Of a stretch of DNA of 64,000 nt, positions 16,432 through 29,201 are shown one piece after another. Location of the stretch: NCBI GenBank assembly GCA_907165135.1, contig OU015568.1, positions 9,548,001-9,612,000 of the forward strand, given 5' to 3'. Under the pieces are notes generated by a model. It ran no database searches and was not told the origin of the DNA. It saw nothing but the letters and a program-made list of their open reading frames with translations. Position 1 is the stretch's first letter; every line of letters starts with the position of its first letter. Made by a program: the position numbers and the translations under genes. This DNA is from Oikopleura dioica (taxonomy: Eukaryota > Animalia > Chordata).

Positions 16432-17229
16432 CACACAACACAAATCTACCTTCTTCTACCTAAAAAACTTACAAAACTTTAAACTGCCTAAAACCAACTC
16501 TATCCCGAATCGGGATTCCCGATGCTCTCTTTTACAAACCATCGAAAAGTGCAACTACGCCGGGGACTAAAACAGAGCATCGAGGGTGGCAAAACCAACT
16601 TCAAGTCTTTTTGAAAATAAAAAAACTCATACTGTAGCAGAGTTGAAAAGAATTGCCAAAAATATTATTTATTACTATTGTCTTTTACTGTCAGAATCTG
16701 ATGTCAACTTTTCCTTTCTTCATTTTTTAAATCTTAGTAAAGAATTCATCCATAGTTCCAGTTCATTCCCAACTAAAAAAAGAATATGAATAAAACCAAA
16801 AAACAAAGAAAACTACCTACAGTTGATCATTCAATTCTTATCAGTATTTAAATATTTGTGCCTTTGAGCTCGAGTAAATAGAGATTTGACGAGTAAAGGG
16901 GCTCTCATGTCGCAATTGAGCTTCTTTTGACTTCTGAATTGCTGCGACGAGACGCCCTAAATAAATTTTACTGTATTTTGAGAATTCTTATTAAATGATT
17001 CTTTAAAGAACCGCAAACGAGCTCTCGACGATGGAGACAATGACATATTTCGTGAAAAGAAGGTATAGAGAGCACTTGGGAAAGAAACAGAAAAGTTCAT
17101 CTTTTATTATAGAGAATGTCTGAAGGAGCCGACCCTAACATGATTTCGAAGACAATCCAACTCAAGTAAGTCGCTCAGAATGCCCAAAACGTCAAATTAT
17201 CGAGAAGAAATTCTGCGAAACTACAGAAA

Positions 17230-17805
17230 GATGAATTACCATAAGAATTTTTTGGCCGAAAAAATTTTTTTTGAGATAATGGCATATTCTGAAAGCCCAT
17301 GTAAAAATACGTCGATCCCTAAATTTCTAGGGCTCTATGACGTCATTATGACGTCATTTATGATTAATAATTGTCCGAAAAGGCTCCGAATTCATGAGAC
17401 TTTGGAACGCTTTTTGAGGCGGTTATCGTTGGAAATATATTTTTCTGCTTGTAGCATGTTTTTAGGCAGAAGAAATTACGTGGGGACCCGAGGTTAATTT
17501 TTCGAACCGACCGGTTTCGAAAATTACCGGACACTAGAACCGGTTGGTAATGATGGTTTGAGCCCGGGTCCCCACGTATTTTTTCACGAGGAATCCGAAT
17601 CCGCTGAGAAAATAAGGATTCAAAAATGTTTTTGGCTCTAAAAAGCGTTCCAAAGATAAAATTTTGAAATGAGCCGGATGACGTCATAATGACGTCACAT
17701 GGCCCTAGAATTTGGTCATTCTGTCTAATTTTTTATGGGCTTTCAGAATATGCCATTATCTCAAAAATAATTTTTTCGGCCGAAAAATTCTTATGGTAAT
17801 TCATC
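17230..17805. mobile_element. MITE of about 576 bp with long TIRs and a nested internal inverted repeat
   Basis: Ends are GATGAATTACCATAAGAATTTT and AAAATTCTTATGGTAATTCATC, with about 130 bp of arm complementarity. GAAA flanks both sides (possible 4-bp TSD). An inner pair TACGTGGGGACCCG/CGGGTCCCCACGTA is present. Confidence 0.8.
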
Positions 17806-18744
17806 GAAAATGCTCTTTCTTACGATCCAATTTTTAGATTCGCCCAGTAACAGAAACTCTCCAGTAGCACCCTAGCCACGCTCAACTGCCATCACTATCA
17901 CTTATCGAAAAAAGAAAGAAAACGGAGAAGTCAACAATTCAAGTTCAGAAGAGGAGAAATTCAGTTATTCAAACATTTAAACTCGAAAACAGCCGAACAT
18001 GTTTTTCTGTAAATAGAATCTATTTCAAAAGGACTGAAAAAATCTAAAATTTCTTTTCGATTTACTGTTTTTCTTCGGGATCAGTCTAATAGACACCACA
18101 ATTTCAAGACCTTTTTTCAAATTCTTCAAAAGCATATTTTTAGATTGAAACTTCCCGTTTTTGGAATTGAATATTTCAATTCAAAGTTCCGGCTAGTCTC
18201 CTATTTCCGGTAGGTGCCAATTCGGCTTATTCAAATTCAAGAGCCGCTATTTTGCTCCATACATAGTTTGGCTGCATATGCAAGCCAGTAGGCCTTTTTT
18301 CTCACGGCGGAGAGGCAGCTTTTTGATCCGAAGCGGAAGCCGCGCGCAGCCAGCGTTTGAACTCGCGCCATGCGCTAAACAGCTCGCGGGCGCCGCACTT
18401 TTCGCCCACGCGCTTTTCGCAAATTTCACAACGATTTGATTCATCCGCCAAAGCGTACAAAAAATTTGAAAATAAAAAAATCGAACACTTTCTTTTATCA
18501 GAGATTAAGAACTGAAAAGAAATAAGAGATATTTTGCAAAGAAGATAGAATTAAAATTTTTAGTAAAGAAGGTAAACATCAAGAATTTTATTACGGCCAA
18601 TTACTTCTCGTAAACCTTTAGTTCCCAAAAACAGTCATAAAATCTACCAACAAGGCGTTTTTGAGTTAATTTTTAAGAGACACTTTTAGGAGCGCATCAA
18701 TGAGCACACTTGGACACTAATTCAATTCCGTTTTCCAACATAAA

Positions 18745-21115
18745 ATGGAGCAACTTACGAGTACTCCACAGCGCGTTCCAGAGACCAATGCAGAATACGA
18801 AAAACTAATTGGCGATAATTGTTCTGTCTACTCCGATGTTTCCAGGTTAGCTTCACCTTTTCCCATACTCGTCGTTGATGTCAATTTTGAAATGCTTCAA
18901 AAGCGGGGCGTAATAAATATTTACCTTTACGAATTCTATAACTAGAGCGCGGTAAACCCGCCGCTTGCAGGGGGATTATTAGGGCTAACCATCAATCATC
19001 AATCTTTCTTTTTTAATTGAGCTGGTTTTAGGGCAACTTCACGCGCGTCCCGCCGCTCTCGTCGGCCCCACAGTTCAAAGGACAAGTCAGTGTCGATCAA
19101 GGCGCCCCAAAGGTCACGCCAGAGTGACTCTCGCAGAAAAAAGGAGAACGCCAGTGGGGACGAAGAAGGCGGAGCTCTTGTAGAAAATGACGATTCCCGC
19201 CGCTGGCCAGGCGAGACGGATACATTTGCCACGTCCGAATGCACCCGCATCTCAAACGAAGACCTCGGCAAGTTCCACGCCGATCTTGGGGCGAGACTCA
19301 ACGTTTCCAAATATCTCAACCCGGCGCGTTTATCCATCGTCTTAACGCAACTATTCGCCTATGTGACGCCTATCTTCTTCCTCGTCCTGCCCAAAGCGCT
19401 GTCGGATCCGCAGCCGGGCGCGAAATCCCCTCAATGCGATATCGGCTGTGAGGGTCAAATTATCGCAATCGCAGTTCGACTACTCGTCCTTTCCCTCGCC
19501 AGTCTTTATCTTTTCTGGAGGACGCCCAAGGCGAAAATGCCGCAGATCAACCTCTACCGTACCGGGGTCAACTTTCTCACATTCCTCGTCGCTGCCGTTT
19601 ACTGGATCTTCTACAGCTACAAGGTCATCCACTGGGAAAACTACGACTACCCACCGATTGTCAAATACTCCTCGAATTTCGTCGATATTTTGCTCTTCGT
19701 ACACTACCTGGCGATTGTCCTTTTGTACCTGAGAAAAGATCAGGAAATCTATCTTCTTGAGGTACGTAAATTCATTCAATAGTAGGCTGAAGAGACAGCC
19801 TAAACTTCAATTGTGAATCGATTAAGAAAAATTTTGGGACAGTAATTCGATCATCTGTTAGGATAATTGCAAAATCGATATCAAATACTGTATTTTTATC
19901 TTCTGTAATTAATTCGCTACTCGAAATCTTACTCCTCTCAGGTGGTGAGAACGACAGACGGCGCTCAACGATTTTATAACATTGGCGCGGTCTCCATTCA
20001 AGAGGCTGCCTCCTGGGTCCTTGAGAAATATTACGTCGACTTCCATCTTTACAATCCAGCCTTGTTGAAATCGTCAAAAACCTCGAAGCTCAAGAACGTC
20101 ACTAACTTCCAGGTGCGACTTAATTTACAATTTCCTCTCGCCAGAGCATTTGAAATTCATTTTTGATAACGGTCACGTGTAGGTACTCAATGTTGATGGT
20201 GGTGGCGAAGAATCGAAAAATGATCGAACAAGGGCCATTCTCACCGCAGCTGCGAGAAGAAGGGACGCTGGACACAATGAGAAATACTACGAGGAGGTAA
20301 GACTTGACATCCAGCAATCAATCTTCGAATGAACAACTTTTCAGGTTGAACGAGAAAGACGAGTTCGCAAACGAAAAGCTCGACTGACCGAGGCGGCGGA
20401 AGACGCGTTCTCTCACGTCCGTCGCCAATTGATTCCTGATGCCAGCTTGGCCGGAAACGACTCAATGGATCCACGACAAACGGCGGAGATTATTTTCCCC
20501 TCGATCGCGCGTTCCATGCAAAAATATCTTCGAACGACCAGGTAATCGCCTCAAGCTCGATTCCTTTTCTAAACCATTTATCAACAGACAAAACCAGCAC
20601 TACACAATCGAAGATATCATCGACCACCTTGCCTTTTGCATCCGCTACGATATGGGCGCCAACGCCTTTCTGAACAGATACACGGAAAAGAGGCCCCCTA
20701 CCGCGTATCCCGGACAGGTGTGACATTCAAACACATTTCGTTCTCTTTCTTTACGCGATTTTTAGATTATGCGATCGGTTGACTGGTCAGTGACATGTGA
20801 CTACCCCATGATTTCAAGCTTGAGGCCGGGTGTTGTTTTCAGCATAAAACAGGCAGACTACAGGTAAATCAGAAAAACTCGTAGATTGTAAATAAATCGT
20901 CAGAAAGAGAACCCTAAATTGTTAGTTTCGAGAATTTGAGTAAGATTGTAAAAATAAAACCTACTCTTCTTTCAAGAGCTGCAATTAACCCTTTTCGCTC
21001 TAGTTTGGTGGTCACATGTCGAACTGCGCCGAAACTCGCCCTCCGCGAAGAATTCGTAGATCCAGCTTCTCACCGCTTCGTCCTCAGAATGGATTCTTCT
21101 GAGACATCTGTATAA
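18745..21115 (+). CDS. VANGL: Vang-like/strabismus planar cell polarity protein
   Basis: Four hydrophobic TM segments, FYNIGAVSIQEAASWVLEKYY, ERRVRKRKARL, and a C-terminal PDZ-binding ETSV*. Confidence 0.93.
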
Positions 21116-23152
21116 AAAATTAACATATTCTTATCCCAAAGCTCTTCTCCCAAGTTCTTGTACAATTCTGTATCTTGACAAAAACAACCTGTATAAACAA
21201 AACAAAACTCCTCGTTCATCTATGACTGCCCAAAACGATTAAACTTTTTACATTCTCTCTCTTCCTTGATTTCATTTTTTCATAGTTTTTTATAGCAATA
21301 TAGAAAATTGAGAATATTCTAAATATATTTTCAAAGAAATAACTTTCAGATTACCTTCCATTTTCTAATATTACGATATTTCAGGTCATATTACTGTAAA
21401 TAACGGTTGCGGAGAATTCCGAACTTTTCCGTTAAAAAATTAATAGTGCCTTACACACTTTTTTCTTTCCAAAAACTCAAGTTATGCCATTATTCAAATC
21501 ATTGTTAATTCTCAAAAATTGTTAATATTTTCTGTACCAAAAAACGTGCGCTTGTATTCCCCAAAATAAAAGATGGAATAAGGTTAACGCATTAACCTGA
21601 AAGTGGATCTACTTGCGAAATGCATAATATCCATGTTATCCCGTTTCTTTTCGATGCAATTAATCAAGCAAAGATGTCATGAACAGGGTGCTTTTTATTT
21701 ACAGTTGTCATTTTTGTTGAATTTTGTTCTTCTGGGCAGCAAAAAGCAGGACTTGAATCGTCAAGCATCTCTTTTTTGAGTCTTCGGAGTTTTAGAACTC
21801 GAAGCTAAAGAACAGTTAGCGGATCCGGACGCAAATGAGGGTTTTAGGAAAGGCGGTGATAATATGTGTCAGGCAGTTGAGATATTCTCTTATCACTCTC
21901 TTATTATTAGAGAGCAAAAGATAGTTTTCCCGTTCGTTTATGGTTACATTCAATTATTACTTAATCCTAAGCGAACCCTTATAAATAATAAGCTAAAATT
22001 GAATTTTTGTCGTTAATTTATACGAAATTCTCGCTGCTCTGACAGCAAGAAACGAATTCGCAATAAAAATTTGTAATCTTGAAGAAATTCCCGCCCCGGT
22101 CATGGGTGTTTCGTCGTGAGTCTTCCGACCACAGAAATTTATTTAATTTCCAAAGTTGCCCTTGTGGGAAAGCGATGACTTGCGTTACAAATGTAAAAAT
22201 TTATCTCTCGTAACCGCATTTGCCGAAGAAAACGTTTCACCACTTACCATTTTTTCTTGTTGTAGCTCAGGAGCATTTTGTGCGCTGGCTAGCTTTAAGT
22301 TTTATTTATAAAAAAAAATTAGAGGCGATTTCATATTTTCAAAAAAATCTAAAAAGGTTAGAGCCTGTTTTTGTGGATAAAAGTGGTCTTTAGTGGGAGA
22401 CGCATTCGAGTAATCGGGCTTTCAAAGGTTCAATTTTTTATCTGGCCAATTGTCAATCGATTCGTTTTTTCTAAGAAGCCTCTGCAGAAGATCAGATTGT
22501 TTCGTTTTGAACCTTATTCTTTACAGCTTCGTTGGAGATAACAACTCTTCACCGATCTGTTGGGATTCTCCATCTTCGCACAATTACTGTAATCAAACCA
22601 CAGCTTCCTCGCATGTCCCTTGTCTTTTCTACGGTTGAATTTATGGCAGGAACAAGTTTACTTTAGTAGGTAATTTTGTTGAATGTTTTTTCAGCAGAAA
22701 AGAGCGCCCGTCCGTGAAAATTGACTTTGCGATTCTTTTCGAAAAGTAGCAGCCTGCCAATTTCGCGATTATGCGAGCTGTCTTTCTTTCTTTGCTAGTA
22801 CCAATTTCTGGGCGCGTAAAAACGTATCTTTTTCTCAAGATACTAGCGTTTTAGAGCGCCCGAGAATTCGAAAAACTCAATTCCTACGAAAATGGCCACT
22901 CCAACAATAATTAATCAAGCTTCTTTCTTTCAAGCTACAAATTATTAGTTGTCGTTTTTAATCAATCTAATTAGCCTTTTTGTCTATTTAATGAACTCTA
23001 CCAAAATTCCTCCTTGAGTGGATTTGTCTATCAATAAATAATTGTCAAGAGTTGTTGGCGTGTTGCACTCACGTAAAAAGTAGTTTACGAAATTAACAGA
23101 GGCCCGGACCGTGTATTTTGGTGGTGCATTTGGAGCGTAACGATTGGTGCAC

Positions 23153-23500
23153 CTACTCGTTGATTATAGTGTCGAGTAAGCTAATGCGAAAATTCATGTC
23201 TTCGCGGAACTCCAGAAGGAACTCCTTGGAAATAGATTTTAAGCACTTCGAGTAAATAGAAATCACGTCATGGAACTTGAAAAAATTGAAGAAAAAAGAT
23301 CGAAAAGCATTTTTGATTTCAACCATAGCTTGAGTAATAAGATTAAAACTGTGAATTCCACATGGCTTTGCCGAGCAGTGTCTGATGAATTTTGACATGG
23401 TTATTCCACGCTCACGTGTTTCGGGAGTGAAGATCTTGACATCATCCTCGTCGCTGAAAATGCCGAACTGATTCGTTTTCGCAACGAACATCAATCCCAA
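23153..23500 (-). CDS. Orphan ORF, probably an exon of an unidentified gene
   Basis: 115-aa open frame only; no motif recognised. Confidence 0.3.
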   Translation of the reverse strand: MGLMFVAKTNQFGIFSDEDDVKIFTPETRERGITMSKFIRHCSAKPCGIHSFNLITQAMVEIKNAFRSFFFNFFKFHDVISIYSKCLKSISKEFLLEFREDMNFRISLLDTIINE

Positions 23501-26500
23501 AAGTGTCTTTCACAGCGAGTTCATTTTAATGAAAGTCAAAAGTGGACACTTTAGAAAGGAAAATATTTGAGCAGGGCTTTAATTTTCTAAAAATGCGAGC
23601 TTCATTTCGAAATTCTAGGATAAAGTATTCCAAATTCAATTTAAAAAATATTAATGATAAAGAAAATAATGCCCATATAAGATTATAATGACCAGAGTTT
23701 TTTTATCGTTCACGTATCTTAATTTTTATAAGAACTCTTCCTTGAACTGCATTTTCTCTTATTTTTCCTTCGTCTATTCTTAGATCTCTCAGTTTTCAAG
23801 GTCAACTTCTTTTTGGCAGACTTTTTTCAGCTCCCTAGCAAGGTGAAATCCTCAAAATTCAGACAGGTCAAGATTTTCCTCCCTTCTACGCATTACCGGG
23901 GTGATGGATCGCAGATGCTCTCGCGCGCCGCCCGAGCGCTCTAGAAAAACTGCACCGCACAGCGCGAAGTTAGACACGCTTTCTTTATTTATCGTGAGTT
24001 GGCCTCCGCCTTATCCAGACGTAGATTGATGCAGATTTATACCCGCATATTGTATAAGCGCCCTTATCATCACACGCGCGGATATAACACAATCATCACG
24101 CCGAAAAATTCTTTCACAGAGAATTTTTGCCTACATTTCCTACATATATCTTAAAATTCTTATAGCTGCGTAAATCCTTTGTATTTTCCTATCCTTTTTA
24201 CATCTGAGTTTTATTAATCCTACAAAACTTCATTTAAACTGGTCTTTTTCGTTCGTGTTAGGATACTTTCTTCCAAAAATAACCAAGAAAATATTTCTGA
24301 ATGAATTCTTTCAAAGAAAAAGCCGAGAAGGACTTCCTCGATGATCAAACTCGATCAATTTTTTGCGACGTCGCGCAAGAGGGAATCGACTCTAATGTAG
24401 GTAACTGTCAAATGAAATTTGAATATAAATAATGAGATTAAAAATAAGAGAGCTTCGGCTGCGATGTTCTTGAAAGCGATGAGTTCTGGACTATCTTCGA
24501 ATACAATGATAGTCAATTCGATGGAATACAAGAAATTGTTTAAATATCATCAAAAATTTGAATATATTTAATGATTTCTCGGAAGATATTAGTTGAGTAA
24601 ATACAAGGAAACAGAGATATTTAAATCATCGACTAGATTTCCTCAATTTTACGGCGCAAGAAACCGGATGTTCCGTTGAGGCATGTGGCTACACTGCCGG
24701 AGCTGATGGACTTTCAGTTATTGCCCCCTTTTTATTGGCTTTCTTTCTTTGGCTTTTTAAATAAATTTAACCAACTCGACTTATTTGTAAAATAATGACG
24801 TAGGGTAAAAATGTATCGACTGAAAACAGTTTTCATCAACGTCGTGGAAAATATTTCTCGGCCACTTGTGGCCATCAACCGCTCCATGCTTCGCTACTTA
24901 CTCGATCCTCCAAGATCTGACTCAAGCTGCTTCCTCTAAAAACTCTCCAAAAATTAACCCCAGATTTATTCCAAACCAAAGAGGCTCGATGAATGTTAAG
25001 AGGTTTATATTTTAAATTATATTTCTCAAGCAAAAAAAAGGGTTGAACATCGTCAACAATATATAGGAAGGAGGAAAAGCAGTCGTTTAGTGACAGTAAG
25101 AAACGTTTTCTTTAATCGAATCGTTGTCTCCATACAGTAAGTCTTCAAACTTGGCATTTACCCATTCTGCATAATTGTCCGTGCCGCGTAAAGTTTTGCT
25201 AAAAATGGTCTGAGTTTCAGACTTTTGAAATGCGACTTGGAGCAAGTATAATATTCCGCCGGTAATTGCGTCGATTTGAGTGGAAAGTGAGCTTTTCAAG
25301 AAAACGCCACTCAACCAAATGCATGCAATCAGCCAAGTGGGAGGCGCTGAGAGGTGCCTATTTGTTACCGGATTTTCGGAGTTTCTGGACTGAAGCTTTC
25401 CTCGAACTGACTGCCAAGAGACATCTATGACGGGATCACTTGAGTTGTGGATGCACTGACACGTACACTCTTATTAATTTCTCAGCGATTTTTCAATCAA
25501 CCGCTGATTATTTTTATATAGTAATAAATCAGAAACCCAAGTAAAGATTTCCCGTTCCTGAGATCCAAATCTTTGCACCCGATCGTCATGATTTCTTTCT
25601 TTCAAATGTCTGTACTTTGTCATTGGGCGGTTCTAAATGATTCAAATTAAATCAGTAAAACAGACGCTGAAAAGGGACTCTGATTGTTGACAAAGCACGA
25701 TTTTAAATTAATCATTCAAATGAAATTAAGAGCGGTTATTCACATCAAAAGCAATTTACCCCTGCACCAGATCGGTGTGTTTTTGGTGGCTTAAATTTTC
25801 AAGTCAGGATAATACTCTTTTCATCACTGATGATGATCAAAAATCAACATTTGTCAAATGCGATATTTACCGGTTTCTTGCCATCGCCAGTCCATTTTGA
25901 GCGCTTGTCCATTGCAGATCGGAATTTCTTTGCCAAGAATACTCATTTTTAAAATCATAAAAAGGAGTTTGAAATTCAGAAATTCCTTTGGTAACTGAAT
26001 TTCGCCCTTTGAGGAATGTATTCGAGCCCGTGGCCGTGAGCGTTCCACTTTGTACAACCCATCGTTTTTCACTTCGTCCATAATTTCGACCGTGTCCATC
26101 ACATAGATCGAAATACCGACGCCTTCCAGTCGCTGCATCGCTAAAACAAAAAATGATGATTATGAACCAGTGCTTTGATTTCATTCAAGTGGGTAATTGA
26201 AGGCCTTTTACACGCTACTCTGACCATGATAACGAGATTAGAGGGGGCCAGCTCTTCCCCAATCCCTTTTTTGATGCCAAAAAAAAACTACTCGTGCTGG
26301 TCAACCGCACAGAAAGATACCGAAAGTAGCTACAAAAGGTGCTCATTATTAGAGCTTTTTTCAAGATAGTAAGCTAGAAATAATCACTGTTGCCCGTGAT
26401 TCTCACCTCCAATAAGTGCCGCTTTGGCCTCGTAGTTGTGAACATCCCAGGAGGATGGATGAGCAAATCGCATAGTCACGTTTATGCTGCCTTGGAATCC

Positions 26501-27274
26501 TTTGTATTCCAAATACCTCTGCTGGAGCTCAACGTAGCTGTAGAGCGTGATGCAGGTTCGCATAAGCGGCGCGTGGCTCATAACTAAAAGGAAACAGTTC
26601 AAAATAAATACTCTACGCACGTTTCGCCACTGCTAGAATTTGCAAAATTAGGAAGCACTTACCAATGTCAAAGTTGATCTCGCTATTTCCGCTCTCGAGC
26701 GCTGCGTCTTCCCAACCCGACTTCATTATGTCAAACAAGAACATGTTTCCTGGCTGATTACGGAGGATACAAAGAAAATCGAACACTACCATCAAGACTT
26801 TGATTGGCTCAAAACTGCAAAATTGTAACTCAGCCAATCAAAAATCTGGATTCAGAGTATCTCTTGTTCGACAATTTTATGAAGGTTTCTCCAAACATGA
26901 CTTGAAGTTTCCGATAAACAACCGTAATAAAGTCTGAGATAGACTTATCGGTTGAACGATAAGGGCTACCCACGTGGATGATCAACGGATACAAAGTACA
27001 CGCTGATCCCTTCCGATCCCGTACTCGATCAGCCTCTCCCCCGTTCCTTATCTGTTTTGCCGCCGATGTACTTTCCCCTAAAGATCGAAAAGACCTCCTC
27101 GCTGAAAAAGTTTCGGCTCCAAATCTCCACCTAAAGTTTGAGCGTTTTTAGAACTCTGCCGTGAAAACCCCGCGGATTAAAATCAGAGCGAGGGAAAAAC
27201 CACAAAGCAGTGGATCAAAACGTAGAGAAGGGATGAAGGGTGGCTTGGTGAATTGAGCTTCCAAAAGTTGAATT

Positions 27275-27667
27275 TCAAGGAGGACAAAACTTACTCTCGT
27301 GGCGCTTATGCTTTTCTTGGTTCAAGAAATCGGAAAATTCGAATGTTTCCAAAAGGAAACCTCTTTTTAAACCAATCCTTGCATTTCGCCCTTCTGGGTC
27401 CAAAAAGAGCTTGTAAAAAACAGGCTCAGGCCAGGGCATCCAGTACTCTTTCTGCTGCTCAAACCATTCGACGTAAGAAGTGTTGTTCAAATTCATGATG
27501 CTGTTGTAGTTGATTTCGCCGTTTTTATCCGACGCGGGTGAGGTCTCTCTGATCTCGATCGGCTGAGGTTTAAATTTAGCGCTTTCGTTTCCCATTTCTT
27601 TTAATTTGAAATTATAAAAAATCTTCGATAGTTTTACAATTGAAATGTGATTTCGTCCTTGAGCCAA
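27275..27667 (-). CDS. Orphan ORF (MGNESAKF...WFEQQKEYWMPWPEP)
   Basis: 130-aa open frame with protein-like composition; no family recognised. Confidence 0.35.
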   Translation of the reverse strand: MAQGRNHISIVKLSKIFYNFKLKEMGNESAKFKPQPIEIRETSPASDKNGEINYNSIMNLNNTSYVEWFEQQKEYWMPWPEPVFYKLFLDPEGRNARIGLKRGFLLETFEFSDFLNQEKHKRHESKFCPP

Positions 27668-28178
27668 AGCGCTGCTTTTAAATCAAAATTCCAGAGGTAG
27701 TTTATTATTCATCGGATGGAGCATTCAGACTTGAGAAAAGTGCTAAAATATGCATGACAAGTTTCGAATAGAACTCTCAAGTGAGGGGACAAAACCGAAT
27801 GTCAACAAAGTTTTAGGACTCGAAGTGCTCTTCGCCGGACTTTAGCTATTGAGATGAATTCATTTATAAAAATCTTTGTCGATGAAAGAAGGACGCGAAC
27901 TGCAGTAAATCCCCATAAGCTTAAATATCTTCTGCTTCTCGTGGTCAGCGATAATTCCTGAGTCAGAAGTACACACCCCTAAATCTTTTCACTTATAAAG
28001 AGAGAAACTCCTAATGGGTAGATAAAAAATTTTTGCACTACGATTATGATCATTATTATTGTTTGCGCTGCAACTGGTAGTTAAAATTTGAAAAGCAAAA
28101 TCGCATTGTTTTAGCACGACTAATCTAAGGAAGGCGATTCTCTCCGAAACTGGCTTAGATCCGGAACTGGATTCACAT

Positions 28179-29201
28179 TTGCTATACGAGTTCGTATGCA
28201 TCGACTGTGCGTCCCCTGATAACAAAAATAAGACGATCAAAGAAACTGCGATCTATCGTTGCCCTGCTAATGGATGTGAAAGTAAGTTGACAGAAGAACT
28301 CTTTTTAACGAACGCTTGCTGCACAGAAGCAACGAAGAAGCACATCTTAGGTAAAACAGGATTTAAACTGGCGTTAAAAATGAAATTGAGACAATATTCT
28401 CGCACGAAAGGAGAGTGCAAAAAGAGAGTTTGATGATGCGCTCGAAGTAGCTAGGGCGAAAAAGAGAAAGTACGATGACTTCGTTGCCGCAGAGAAGAAA
28501 TGCATCGAGTCTTTCAAAAAACCGGTGAACTTAGAGCTGAACGATGATGCGATTGACCAACGAATGATCTGCTGTGTGTGTAGAGAACGTTACAATGATG
28601 TCACGAGAGTAATGGCCGGAAAAAATATAAATTTTCAATTTTGACAAAAATTTCAACTTGGGGATAAATCATTATCTTGACCGTTTTTGTCATCGTCTAA
28701 ACTCTAGAAAACACCTGGAAAAAACTTTTTTTCATAGCCTGGGGCGATTCTGAGGCCATTTTTATGAATTTTCTACGAACTGCCATATCTCACGTGACAG
28801 ATGAGGAAATCACGTGATTGATATATTTTTAGAAAGCTCAGCTTCTGAGGATTGGGGGAAAGAAAAGAAATTTGAAAAAAATCGATTCTGAATGACGAAA
28901 ATTAATATTTCAATTTCTTGGCCAATCAGCAAAAACCGATTTTTCGGAAAAATTTTTGCTTTCCCCCAATCCTCAGAATCTGAGCTTTCCATTGATACTT
29001 GGATCATCTGGTTTCAAAGAGTATCACGTGAGTTATGGCTGTTCGAAGGCCGAAAATTTATATTTTTTCCGGCCAATGAGCATCCTATCATGCAGACACA
29101 CTTTTTGTTCTCGCTGCTTGGATGCAGTGGTACCAAAAACTTGTCCAACTTGCAGAACTCCTTTTACTTCGGAGCAAATGATCAAACCTATTTTTAGTTA
29201 A
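28179..29201 (+). CDS. Small protein with an N-terminal Cys-rich region and a C-terminal RING-HC finger, interrupted by a MITE; 5' start uncertain
   Basis: CCVCRERYNDVTR (ending 28608) plus MSILSCRHTFCSRCLDAVVPKTCPTCRTPF gives a C3HC4 pattern. Confidence 0.75.
28614..29074. mobile_element. PIF/Harbinger-like MITE (461 bp) with a 3-bp TSD, inserted in RING coding sequence
   Basis: TIR is GGCCGGAAAAAATATAAATTTTC at both ends. AAT is duplicated at 28611-13 and 29075-77. An inner inverted repeat AGCTCAG.TTCTGAGGATTGGGGGAAAG is present. Confidence 0.85.
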
